This document shows, in pieces, positions 29,358-38,594 of a stretch of 64,000 nucleotides of DNA. Below the pieces are notes generated by a model. The model saw only the letters and a program-made list of their open reading frames with translations, had not been told where the DNA came from and ran no database searches. A program made the position numbers and the translations under genes. The stretch spans positions 13,250-77,249 of the forward strand of contig CAYZTB010000006.1 of assembly GCA_964481195.1 (NCBI GenBank). Reading direction: 5' to 3'. This DNA comes from an uncultured Bacteroidia bacterium (GTDB taxonomy: Bacteria; Bacteroidota; Bacteroidia; Palsa-948). How positions within the stretch are numbered: the first letter of the stretch is position 1; each line of letters begins with the position of its first letter.

Positions 29358-30486
29358 CTTGAATTAGAGATTCTTTTATTGCTGGTTTAATGGGATTGGA
29401 AATACTATTTCTGGAATTTATTTTCACTAAGTTGCCTTTTACTTTTGTAATGGTAAATAACCCGGTAAAAATTAAAGCAGGAAATGTCATGGAGAATAGA
29501 AATTCTTTTAAGCCCCAATCGGTAACAGCTGTTTGGATGTAATAAATGATGGCTATAGAAGTTGCTCCAACAACTGCAAATAGCAATGCAATTCTTTTTT
29601 CAGTAATGCCTCTGTAAAATAAATTATGAGTAGTATGATCTTTGCCTCCTATGAAAGGAGATTGCTTGTTTAATAATCTATTTATTATAACGATAGTTGT
29701 ATCTGAAATAGGCAAAATAAAAGCAGTGATAGTAATGGAAAATTGCCTGGATATGGAGATGGTTTCGGTGGTGGATGCAGCATCATTCCAGAAATATATA
29801 ATGCCAATTATTCCTAAAAGCAAACCAATAACCTGGCTTCCGGTATCACCCATATATAATTTTGAAGGATGCCAATTAAATATTAAAAAACCCGAAAGAG
29901 AACCAATGAGCCCTATTAGAATTAAATAGAAAAAGTTGTTTTCGGAATTGTTGGAAACAAGTATTAACATTGCGGCAGTAGCAAAAATTAATATTGAAAC
30001 AATTGCTGCAATAGAATCCATGTTATCTAACATGTTCACAGAATTCATTACAGCAACAACCCAAAAGATGGTTATTGTATAGTTTAGCGTTTGGTTAGCA
30101 AATAATGCAATGTGAATTCCCGAGTAGCATAATATTACTCCGCATAAAATTTGAACAAACAATTTTAAAAAAGGGCGAGTGTTATAGGCATCGTCTGCCA
30201 GGCCCATCATAAATGCTATAGTAACCGTAGCCAGCAGACCGACAATTTTTTTGTTTAGTAAAATCTCTTGAGGGTCAAAGAAAATGGAGTAGGATGCAAA
30301 AGAAATTAAAAAGATGATATAAAATGAAATGCCTCCAAAAGCAGGTTTAGAGGTGCTCGCCCATCGAATTACAGTTTCTTTGTTATCTCGAATGCCTAGT
30401 GTTTTAGAAAATCTAAGAAAAAGAGAATTGATCAGAAACGAGAATATAAAAGATGCTGTTATAAAAGCTAAATAGAAATAAGTCAT
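29338..30486 (-). CDS. MraY/WecA-family (glycosyltransferase family 4) polyprenyl-phosphate N-acetylhexosamine-1-phosphate transferase
   Basis: 382 aa polytopic membrane protein with the DDxxN motif MGLADDAYNTRP, NMLDNMDSIAA, and GDTGSQVIG typical of this family. Confidence 0.7.
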   Translation of the reverse strand: MTYFYLAFITASFIFSFLINSLFLRFSKTLGIRDNKETVIRWASTSKPAFGGISFYIIFLISFASYSIFFDPQEILLNKKIVGLLATVTIAFMMGLADDAYNTRPFLKLFVQILCGVILCYSGIHIALFANQTLNYTITIFWVVAVMNSVNMLDNMDSIAAIVSILIFATAAMLILVSNNSENNFFYLILIGLIGSLSGFLIFNWHPSKLYMGDTGSQVIGLLLGIIGIIYFWNDAASTTETISISRQFSITITAFILPISDTTIVIINRLLNKQSPFIGGKDHTTHNLFYRGITEKRIALLFAVVGATSIAIIYYIQTAVTDWGLKEFLFSMTFPALIFTGLFTITKVKGNLVKINSRNSISNPIKPAIKESLIQDEKGIA

Positions 30487-30566
30487 GCAATTCCTAGTTT
30501 TGAATAGGATTTTTAAATGTTATTTATATGATTATTATAAGACAAAAATGCTATGGGGAGTGAAGG

Positions 30567-31232
30567 CTATCTTTTTGAGAGAGCATTTATTTCCATATCT
30601 ACCTTTCGAATTATTTTTGCTAGGTCATCTTTCTTTTCAGAGAATTTATTGTCATCAATATCAATGATAAGTAAACGACTTTTTTTATGTGTTTCGGTAT
30701 ATTTTGTAATCCAAGCTTCGTATCGTTCATTTAGCCTTTGTAGATAGTCTAGACGAATAGCTTTTTCATATTCTCTGCCTCTTTTTTGAATTTGCTCAAC
30801 TAAGGTTGGAATTGAAGCACGTAAATAAATTAATAAATCAGGAGGTTGAACAAAGGATTGCATCAAGCCAAATAAGCCAATGTAATTTTCAAAATCTCTA
30901 GTAGTCATAAGCCCCATGGAATGCAAGTTGGGGGCGAATATATTCGCATCTTCATAAATTGTTCGATCTTGAATGACAGTCTTTTTGTTTTTTCTAATTT
31001 CAATTACTTGTTGAAAACGGCTATTCAAGAAAAACACTTGTAAATTGAAAGACCAACGTTGCATGTCCTCATAGAAATCGTTTAAATAAGGATTGTTATC
31101 TGCATCTTCGTATTGGGGAGTCCATTTATATTGCTTTGCAAGCAAAGTGGCTAATGTAGTTTTGCCAGAGCCAATATTTCCAGATACTGCGATGTGCATA
31201 TTTTCGGCTACTTTTATAGAGGTTTTCTTCAT
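30567..31232 (-). CDS. Deoxynucleoside kinase
   Basis: 221 aa. P-loop HIAVSGNIGSGKTTL and dNK/dCK/dGK family conserved segments (FQ..., YEDA..., ERS...). Confidence 0.8.
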   Translation of the reverse strand: MKKTSIKVAENMHIAVSGNIGSGKTTLATLLAKQYKWTPQYEDADNNPYLNDFYEDMQRWSFNLQVFFLNSRFQQVIEIRKNKKTVIQDRTIYEDANIFAPNLHSMGLMTTRDFENYIGLFGLMQSFVQPPDLLIYLRASIPTLVEQIQKRGREYEKAIRLDYLQRLNERYEAWITKYTETHKKSRLLIIDIDDNKFSEKKDDLAKIIRKVDMEINALSKR

Positions 31233-31262
31233 GTTTTTTGTGCTTCAAAATTTCTGTGTTTT

Positions 31263-32060
31263 TTACTTAATTGCCTCGTAAATATCTAAATTATTTGGCT
31301 TCAGCAAATATAGCTTTTCTTTCTCTGTTCGGGCAATTAAAACACCGCTAGTTGGTAGCTGAATTTCGCTTTCTTCTTGGGTAATTAAATTGTGACTTTT
31401 AAGAATATCGTTTTTTAGGTAGATGATTTGTTCATCTGCAACTTGGAAGGATTGCACACCAAGTATTGGTATTTTTCGACTGTAAGTGCCGAATATATCA
31501 AATACAAGAATTCCTTTCTGAGGGTCGTTTATATATAATTTGTTGTTACACTCAGTCATAAAATTAGGGTTAATCGCTTCGCCAGTAATTTGAATAACAC
31601 TTCCGGTCTGTTGAGTGATTTGTAGATTTTGGTCAAAGCGTATTAGCTCTAAATTTTGCTGATTATAAATCCAGAACCCACTGTTATGGGATGTGCAAAC
31701 TAAGGAGGTCTGATTTAAGCCAAGCTCATCGAGAGAAATAGAATTGCCGGAAGGGGAAAGCATGTTATCTATAAAGATAATTCGTTGAAATGATTTGTAA
31801 TACAATAGTATTTTCAATGGATCGCGGGTATCTACAAACGATAAATTACCTAAATTTTTATCGCTTAAATTTTTTAAAAACTCTCCTTTCGAATTATACT
31901 TTTCAAGTGAGTTGCCTTTTGTAATGTATATGTTTCCTAGATTGTCAGTAGTAACGATAGCGGTTTTGGTTGGGATAGATTTAATCAATCTAAAATTTGA
32001 TTCTTGAAAATAGGAAGCAAACAAGAAAGGAAAAAACATAATAGCGATTTTTATTTTCAT
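31263..32060 (-). CDS. Hypothetical secreted beta-propeller-like protein
   Basis: The ORF is open from 32108. The internal Met at 32060 (MKIKIAIMFFPFLFAS) gives a signal peptide and avoids a 38 bp overlap with the upstream gene, so it is the preferred start. Confidence 0.45.
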   Translation of the reverse strand: MKIKIAIMFFPFLFASYFQESNFRLIKSIPTKTAIVTTDNLGNIYITKGNSLEKYNSKGEFLKNLSDKNLGNLSFVDTRDPLKILLYYKSFQRIIFIDNMLSPSGNSISLDELGLNQTSLVCTSHNSGFWIYNQQNLELIRFDQNLQITQQTGSVIQITGEAINPNFMTECNNKLYINDPQKGILVFDIFGTYSRKIPILGVQSFQVADEQIIYLKNDILKSHNLITQEESEIQLPTSGVLIARTEKEKLYLLKPNNLDIYEAIK

Positions 32061-32070
32061 ATTTTTTTCT

Positions 32071-33606
32071 TTAACTAAATGTTTTTGAGCTTTGCTTATT
32101 CGTAGCAAGAATTTCTTCTAAAATTTTCCTATTACTAGATAGTCTTGGTATTTTATTTTGTCCGCCCAGTTTGTTTTTATTGCGTAACCAATTATAAAAA
32201 GTGCCAGGGTTTACTTCATTGATAATAGGAGCGCGCATCACAAAGTTATTAAAACGCTTTGCTTCGTAATCCGAGTTAAGTGATTTTAAGGCATTATCAA
32301 GAATTTCTGCAAAATAGCCTATATCATCTGGGCGCTTTTCAAATTCTATTATCCATTCATGAGCGCCACTTTCTTTTTCACTAAAAAATACAGGGGCAAC
32401 AGAATATTCTTTAATAAAGGAGTTAGACTTATGGCAGGCAATTTTTATTGCTTGTTCTGTGTTTTCTATAATAACTTCTTCGCCAAATGCATTTAAGAAA
32501 TGTTTAGTTCTTCCGGTAATTTGAAAACGATAGGGGTTTGTTGTCGTAAACCGAATGGTATCCCCTAGCTGATATCGCCATAAACCGCCATTAGTGGAAA
32601 TAACTACAGCATAGTTTTGATTGATTTTAACTTGATGTAATTGTATTGCTATTTGATCTGGAGTATTCGCACCATCAACTGGAATAAATTCATAGTAAAT
32701 GCCATAATCTAACATCAATAGTAATTCATCAGAATTTTTTTGATCTTGTAAGCCAAAAAAACCTTCTGAAGCATTATATAGTTCCAGGTAGTTTATTTTG
32801 TCGCTTCCAAAAAGTTGTCTAAAGTTTTCTTTATAAGGATCAAAGTTTACACCTCCATGAAAATATACTTCCAGATTTGGCCATACTTCTATGATTGATG
32901 ATTTTCCTGATATTTCTAAAATGCGTTTTAGTAATACGTGCATCCAGGATGGGACACCCGCTAGGCTTGTTACATTTTCTGACATAGTTGCTACGGCCAT
33001 CTTTTCCAATTTTTCTTCAAAATTGTTTAAAAGAGCAATGGAAAGATCTGGGGAGCGGAAAAACTCAGCCCATAAAGGTAAATTTTGAATAATGATGGCA
33101 GAAACATCTCCGTGATATGATTCGTGATTGTCAAATATGTCCGTAGTGTGGCTGCCTCCTAATGCCAGATTTTTGCCTGTAAATAATTCAGTATTAGGAA
33201 AGTTGTTGCAGTATATCGAAACCATGTCTTTTCCTCCTTTGTAATGGCATTCCTCGAGCGATTCAATACTGATAGGTATAAACTTGCTTTTATCATTTGT
33301 AGTGCCTGACGATTTTGCAAACCATTTTGTATCGCTGTGCCAAAGTATGTTTTTTTCGCCCCTCCGTATTCGTTCAATGAAGGGTTTTGTGCTTTCGTAA
33401 TCTTGGAGCGGTACTCGGTTCGAAAATTCTTCAGGGCTTTTTATGCTTGCATAGTCATATTTTTTTCCCCATTCTGTGTTTTTTGCAGATTCTATTAATT
33501 TTCTAAACCACTCATATTGCACTTCTTGAGGATATTTCATGAACAACTCAATCTGATGCATGCGTTTAGTCATGATCCAAGAAGCAAAAGAGTTGAATAG
33601 CGCCAT
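32071..33606 (-). CDS. GH3 auxin-responsive promoter family protein (ANL-superfamily adenylating enzyme homologue)
   Basis: 511 aa. N-terminus ...KRMHQIELFMKYPQEVQYEWFRKLIESAKNTEWGKKYDY and SSGTT P-loop-like segment. Length matches bacterial GH3-family proteins. Confidence 0.75.
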   Translation of the reverse strand: MALFNSFASWIMTKRMHQIELFMKYPQEVQYEWFRKLIESAKNTEWGKKYDYASIKSPEEFSNRVPLQDYESTKPFIERIRRGEKNILWHSDTKWFAKSSGTTNDKSKFIPISIESLEECHYKGGKDMVSIYCNNFPNTELFTGKNLALGGSHTTDIFDNHESYHGDVSAIIIQNLPLWAEFFRSPDLSIALLNNFEEKLEKMAVATMSENVTSLAGVPSWMHVLLKRILEISGKSSIIEVWPNLEVYFHGGVNFDPYKENFRQLFGSDKINYLELYNASEGFFGLQDQKNSDELLLMLDYGIYYEFIPVDGANTPDQIAIQLHQVKINQNYAVVISTNGGLWRYQLGDTIRFTTTNPYRFQITGRTKHFLNAFGEEVIIENTEQAIKIACHKSNSFIKEYSVAPVFFSEKESGAHEWIIEFEKRPDDIGYFAEILDNALKSLNSDYEAKRFNNFVMRAPIINEVNPGTFYNWLRNKNKLGGQNKIPRLSSNRKILEEILATNKQSSKTFS

Positions 33607-33705
33607 AGGTAACGAAGATACAAAGCTCTGGCTATTTCTTTTCAGTCAAAAAGTATTTTTTTGTGTATAATTAGAATACGGCTTTTTGTTAAATAGAGAT
33701 AACAA

Positions 33706-34521
33706 ATGTTATATTTTCGCTATATGAGAGTTACGGGTAGGGTATTAAAGATGAAAGCAAAATTGGGTGATGTCGTCTCCTATCATCTTCCTGTAGAAAA
33801 AGAACTAGTGCCAATGACTGAATTAGTTGGTAAGCATATTTCATTAAATTTTGAAAATGAAATTTATTGCATCTCTTGTGGTAGCAAAACCAACAAGTCT
33901 TTTGCCCAGGGCTTTTGTTATTCCTGTTTTGTTTCTTCTCCCGAAGCAGCTGAGTGTATTTTAAGGCCAGAGCTTTGCAGAGCGCACGAAGGAAAGGGTA
34001 GAGATTTAGCGTGGGAGAAAGCTCATCACCTGCAAGAGCATTTTGTTTATTTGGCGCTCTCTAGTTCCGTAAAAGTTGGTATAACGCGCTCTACACAGAT
34101 TCCCACTCGTTGGATTGATCAGGGTGCTTCTGCAGCAATTTGTTTAGCTAAAGTTCCTTATCGGTATTTGGCTGGTGCTATTGAAGTTGAGTTGAAAAAA
34201 TATTATACCGATAAAACGAATTGGCAACGTATGTTAAAAGGTGAAGTGCTCGAAGGAATTGATTTAATTGAAGAAAAATGGAATGCGGAACAGCATTTAC
34301 CACAAGAGTTTAAACGGTATTTTTTTGAAGAAGATACAGTTACCAAGATTAATTATCCGGTTCAATTGTATCCTAAAAAAGTAAAAAGTATTGATTTTGA
34401 AAAGCAAAACTTACTTGCTGGAAAGCTGGTAGGTATTAAAGGGCAATATTTAATTTTTGAAGATAATTCCGTATTAAATATTCGCAAACATAGCGGATAT
34501 GTGCTTTCTGTAAATTGGTAG
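33706..34521 (+). CDS. DUF2797-like zinc-ribbon protein
   Basis: 271 aa with a Cys cluster (CISCGSKTNKSFAQGFCYSCF...C...C). Recalled as a DUF2797 feature. Identification is from memory. Confidence 0.45.
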   Translation: MLYFRYMRVTGRVLKMKAKLGDVVSYHLPVEKELVPMTELVGKHISLNFENEIYCISCGSKTNKSFAQGFCYSCFVSSPEAAECILRPELCRAHEGKGRDLAWEKAHHLQEHFVYLALSSSVKVGITRSTQIPTRWIDQGASAAICLAKVPYRYLAGAIEVELKKYYTDKTNWQRMLKGEVLEGIDLIEEKWNAEQHLPQEFKRYFFEEDTVTKINYPVQLYPKKVKSIDFEKQNLLAGKLVGIKGQYLIFEDNSVLNIRKHSGYVLSVNW

Positions 34522-34537
34522 TTTCTTTTTTTTATGA

Positions 34538-35932
34538 ATGTCATTATTTAGAATTCTTCTACTTGCCTTTATTTTGCGATTAACTTGGTCGCTTGTAATT
34601 CTTTTTGCAAATGCTGAATCTATATGGATGTTTGATTCATACGGGTATTGGTATTTAGGGAAAAACCTCCTGGAGCACGGGGTATTTAGTCAAGCAATTA
34701 CTCCGCCTTATACACTGGATTATTTCAGAACGCCAGGGTATCCAATTTTTTTAGCTCTTTTTCAAATTCTGCAGACAAGTAATTATACTATCATTTTTGT
34801 GCAAATTGTTTTATCTGTCTTGACATGCTACTATACCTATCAATTAGCACATATAGTTACGTCAAATGATAAAATAGCGTCAGTCTCTGCACTTCTAGTT
34901 GCTTTGGATGTGCCATCTATTTTATATTCAAATACAATAATGGCAGAAACGTTTTTTTCGTTTACGCTTATTTTAGCTTGTTATTTCTTTGCCAGATTTG
35001 CAAAAGAAAATAAAATTAAACTTATCATATTTTCTGCCTTCCTGCTTGGTGTAAGTGCTTTGATACGCCCTGTTGCTCTTTACTTGGCTCCTGTCTTTGT
35101 GATTATGATACTTTTTTTAAGCGATAGGGGAGTGGTAAATAAGTTTACACGCCTTGTTTATTTCATTGTTTCTGTTTCTGTAATCATAGCTCCATGGCTT
35201 ATTAGGAATAAACAAGAATTTGGTAAATTTTTTTTTACGCGTATGAACGGAGATGTATTATTGAATTTTACAGCATCAAATATTCTGTCAATTAAAAAAA
35301 ATGTGATTTTTTTTGACTATGGATCTGCATTCCGAGAAAAGGTTATTGATGATTTTAGATCAATAAATGGCAATACGGTAGGAGTAGAACTTTTAAAGCC
35401 TATTGAGTTTTCAGAATTTGCATTTAATAAGTCTACAGAAGTAATTAGCAGTAACAAATCATTATTCTTAAAGGAGCATCTTAAAAATATTTTTTATTTT
35501 TTTGCTAAGCCATTGCGCTCACCTATAGATATGCAACTGGGAAACAGTAATGGATTTAACATGGGGAGACAGTTTTCTGTTTTTGGAGCATCTTCCTTTT
35601 TTGTAAGAATTTTAATAGTAATGCAAATTATTTTTTTGATCTTGGTATATCTTTTCTTTTTTCTAGCAGTTTATTGTTTTACGAAAAGTTTGGTAGCTTT
35701 CATTATGAAAAGTGAAGCTGCTGTTTCGTCCGAAATATTTTCCAGTAGTTATTCTTTAGGTATGTTCCTTTTTCTAGGTATGTTAATTATATACTTTTCA
35801 AACTTTACAGTGCCTCCTGTTACGGATGCTAGGTTAAGAGTTCCTGTATGGCCATTTATTTCTATATTAAGTTCTGCAGGATTGTATTTCTTGCAGAATA
35901 ATATTAAATGGATGAAAGCGTATATAAAATGA
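34538..35932 (+). CDS. Hypothetical polytopic membrane protein, possibly glycosyltransferase family 39 / PMT_2-like
   Basis: 464 aa with more than 10 hydrophobic helices. YGYWYLGKNLLEHGVFS resembles GT39-type (ArnT/PMT) membrane glycosyltransferases. The usual N-terminal acidic-motif loop is not evident. Confidence 0.4.
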   Translation: MSLFRILLLAFILRLTWSLVILFANAESIWMFDSYGYWYLGKNLLEHGVFSQAITPPYTLDYFRTPGYPIFLALFQILQTSNYTIIFVQIVLSVLTCYYTYQLAHIVTSNDKIASVSALLVALDVPSILYSNTIMAETFFSFTLILACYFFARFAKENKIKLIIFSAFLLGVSALIRPVALYLAPVFVIMILFLSDRGVVNKFTRLVYFIVSVSVIIAPWLIRNKQEFGKFFFTRMNGDVLLNFTASNILSIKKNVIFFDYGSAFREKVIDDFRSINGNTVGVELLKPIEFSEFAFNKSTEVISSNKSLFLKEHLKNIFYFFAKPLRSPIDMQLGNSNGFNMGRQFSVFGASSFFVRILIVMQIIFLILVYLFFFLAVYCFTKSLVAFIMKSEAAVSSEIFSSSYSLGMFLFLGMLIIYFSNFTVPPVTDARLRVPVWPFISILSSAGLYFLQNNIKWMKAYIK

Positions 35933-35936
35933 GGTG

Positions 35937-36437
35937 CTAGCTAATCTTTGAAAATTTACTTTTCAAGGCATTCAATGCTTGTTCTTTCTTGTCTGACTCT
36001 TTTAAGCCTAGGGTGGAATTGCATTTTACGAAATTCTTTGGAAAAACAGTAAGGTCCATATCATCCAAAATCACAAAGTCGTTTATTTTCATTCGTTGTA
36101 CATAATCGGTAATCTCTTTTTCACGATTATTGAAATCGAAAGTAATATCATGCGGACTGCAAGTAACGCCATTCCAATTAAAGATAAACGTAAGCCTCTT
36201 CAGGTCAAGCATTTTTTTCCAAGAAGAAGTTATAACAATCTCGGCACCTGTTTCATCTAAAAGTTCGTTTAATATAGCAACACATTCCTTGTCAAAAGGG
36301 TGTGCGTAGTCCTCGTGTGGCTCGTTGCTTTTGTCAAGCACAAGCACGCCTTCTATATCTAAAAAAATTACTTTCACGCAGCGAAGATAAAAAATATGAT
36401 AAAATAAAAGTATTGTTTTGCTTATTTTTTCAAACAA
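35937..36437 (-). CDS. HAD-superfamily-like small hydrolase (hypothetical)
   Basis: VKVIFLDIEGVLVLD resembles HAD motif I with Glu replacing the second Asp. Start is either the ATG abutting the upstream stop (36437) or an internal GTG at 36377. Confidence 0.4.
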   Translation of the reverse strand: MFEKISKTILLFYHIFYLRCVKVIFLDIEGVLVLDKSNEPHEDYAHPFDKECVAILNELLDETGAEIVITSSWKKMLDLKRLTFIFNWNGVTCSPHDITFDFNNREKEITDYVQRMKINDFVILDDMDLTVFPKNFVKCNSTLGLKESDKKEQALNALKSKFSKIS

Positions 36438-38573
36438 CTAAAGCTTCATTCTAATTTGAACTTTAATTTCATTTTTTTCTGGACCGTTAATTTCATTTAG
36501 TGTTCCTTCGCTAATTGTGTTTTTGTTTGCATAATATGTTTGAGACCATCTAAGCCAAATCTCAATTTTTCTTGTTATGTCGTAATTTATAGTTACAAAA
36601 AATCTACTGCCCTTGTAATAATAGGATGGGATCGAATACGTGCCTGGAATATCGCTTTCGTATGCATAAATCCTAGTGTTATAATTTTTAGTGTCAAAAA
36701 GAGCGTAACGCATATTTAAAGATAATTTGCTACCCATTTTTTTATATTGAATATCTTGATAGAGTAGAAATCCATTTTCTTTACTATTGTCTTTAGTGAA
36801 TTCTACAAGCTCAATTCTGTTCCCGAATTTAAGACAGCTGGAAACAAAATAAGAGATGTTCCACCTGTAATTTGTTTGACGAGTTGGAGCAAGAATGTCT
36901 ATTCCATTTACCTGGTTTGCGTCAGAAAATTTATTTCTACTTCTAATCCTGCCATACGTTTCCAGTTTTTTTGATGGAGTATAATTTATTTGTATTAAGA
37001 AATCATTTCCAGTTGAAGGAGCTCCTGCTTGATATTTTAACCATGGAAATTTGTATTGATCTGCATAGGCATTTAACGTAATTGTGTTAGTTGCTTTTGT
37101 AGTAATCCCCAAATATATTCCGCTCTCATTTGCTGATTTTGTGTTTTCAGAAAAGGCATTTGAAATCAAGCTTTGGTAGTTTTGGTTATAGTTGCGATGT
37201 AATAAAGAAAATGATAATCTGGGATCTACAGATGCGATAAATCCATTAACATAGGCAATGCCATTTTGCTGCAATGAGGAGGATATTGCTATTTCTCCAA
37301 AAAAATTGAAGTTTCGTAATAGTATAGAATAATCTAACCCTGCGTTTGAGAGTTGTTTTCCATTAAATTCAAATTGATTGTAAGTGCTTAAGGAGCGCTT
37401 GAGTTCCGGAGTTAAGATTGTATGCATGCCTGTAAGCCCTATGGAATAGTTTCTTTTACTTAATGTAACGTTACCGCCAGCATTGGTTTGTGTAACTGCG
37501 TCTTTATTTAATATTTCTGATGGTGTGCTATGGATGCCTGATTGCTGTAAGGAAGAAATTCCAAATTGTTCATTATAATTTACACTATCTGTTTCAATAA
37601 TATTTCCATCAATTTTCTTTTTAGAGAAAAAGGCGGTTGCTTGAATAAATTTATTACCAGTTGTTAGTGCTGTTCCTCGCATAAACCGATTTTCATCTAC
37701 AGAGTTATAAGGTCGAATACCGTTCGCATTTTTTTTAATTGCTATAGCATCTGTGGTTTTTCCGTACGCAAGACCGCTCCATAATGTCAGGCCTTGTCCA
37801 AAACTTAACCCATAATCTCCTATTGCCAGTGCTTTTATGGCTCGAATATTTTTTACAAACAAATGAGCGGAATAAAAGTCAAATCCATTTTTTGGTTTTT
37901 CATTTAAAAGAGAATCGTATAGGTAATTACTATGTTTTTTCTTTTTATAAAGAAATTCCTCGCCCGCATCTTTTTCTGCTGTAACTCCAATGCTCAATGT
38001 ATTTCTATAAAGAAATCTGTACCGAGTGTAGATTTTTAGAGGGCTCCCTAAATATCTAGCATTTGGGCTGTTATTTAAGGAAAGAGAATCAATAGGAGTA
38101 AAGCCTTTCTGAGATTCTAGCACTTGTTGACTCCTGAAAGTAATTTCATGGCTTCCTTCTTTGAGAACCTTTTTTAATGAAATATTATTAGTTTGAGTAT
38201 GGTCCGTCACTATAACATAAGGGAGTAATGAGCTGATCGTTTGTAGTGCAAAACCATCTATTGTTTGAAGCTCGTATATTGACAATAACTTTCCATTTTT
38301 CTCTATGTGTGCGAGAAGGTTGTTTATTTGAATATCATCTAAAAGACCTAATTCTCTTAATTCAGATGCTGAAGTGTTATTAAGGTTAATTTGGTTTTGC
38401 CGAAAGAATTCTAAATTTTCTAAAAGTGATGTGTAGTCTTCTTCTTCGTTCTCAAAATTTTCAGCCAGATTTTCAAATTTTTGCTCTAGTTCACTAGGGA
38501 TAGTATCTTGAGCGTAGGAGGACGAGGTTGCAAATTGCAAACAAAAAAATAATATGACGTTATATTTTAGCAT
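36438..38573 (-). CDS. Helix-hairpin-helix (ComEA-like) domain-containing secreted protein with a large beta-rich C-terminal region
   Basis: 711 aa. Signal peptide, an acidic stretch, then ASELRELGLLDDIQINNLLAHIEKNGKLLSIYELQTIDGF (HhH/ComEA-like). The remaining roughly 550 aa are rich in alternating aromatic/polar residues and end in Phe-containing beta strands, consistent with an outer-membrane barrel. Confidence 0.5.
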   Translation of the reverse strand: MLKYNVILFFCLQFATSSSYAQDTIPSELEQKFENLAENFENEEEDYTSLLENLEFFRQNQINLNNTSASELRELGLLDDIQINNLLAHIEKNGKLLSIYELQTIDGFALQTISSLLPYVIVTDHTQTNNISLKKVLKEGSHEITFRSQQVLESQKGFTPIDSLSLNNSPNARYLGSPLKIYTRYRFLYRNTLSIGVTAEKDAGEEFLYKKKKHSNYLYDSLLNEKPKNGFDFYSAHLFVKNIRAIKALAIGDYGLSFGQGLTLWSGLAYGKTTDAIAIKKNANGIRPYNSVDENRFMRGTALTTGNKFIQATAFFSKKKIDGNIIETDSVNYNEQFGISSLQQSGIHSTPSEILNKDAVTQTNAGGNVTLSKRNYSIGLTGMHTILTPELKRSLSTYNQFEFNGKQLSNAGLDYSILLRNFNFFGEIAISSSLQQNGIAYVNGFIASVDPRLSFSLLHRNYNQNYQSLISNAFSENTKSANESGIYLGITTKATNTITLNAYADQYKFPWLKYQAGAPSTGNDFLIQINYTPSKKLETYGRIRSRNKFSDANQVNGIDILAPTRQTNYRWNISYFVSSCLKFGNRIELVEFTKDNSKENGFLLYQDIQYKKMGSKLSLNMRYALFDTKNYNTRIYAYESDIPGTYSIPSYYYKGSRFFVTINYDITRKIEIWLRWSQTYYANKNTISEGTLNEINGPEKNEIKVQIRMKL

Positions 38574-38594
38574 TTAATGCTAATACTTTGGTCT

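Noticed and set aside
34538-35932. Possible 5'-truncated pseudogene of a GT39 membrane glycosyltransferase
   Set aside because: The ORF is intact and begins with plausible TM helices 16 bp after the upstream stop. There is no frameshift or upstream remnant encoding the missing N-terminal motif, so it is called an intact hypothetical membrane protein.
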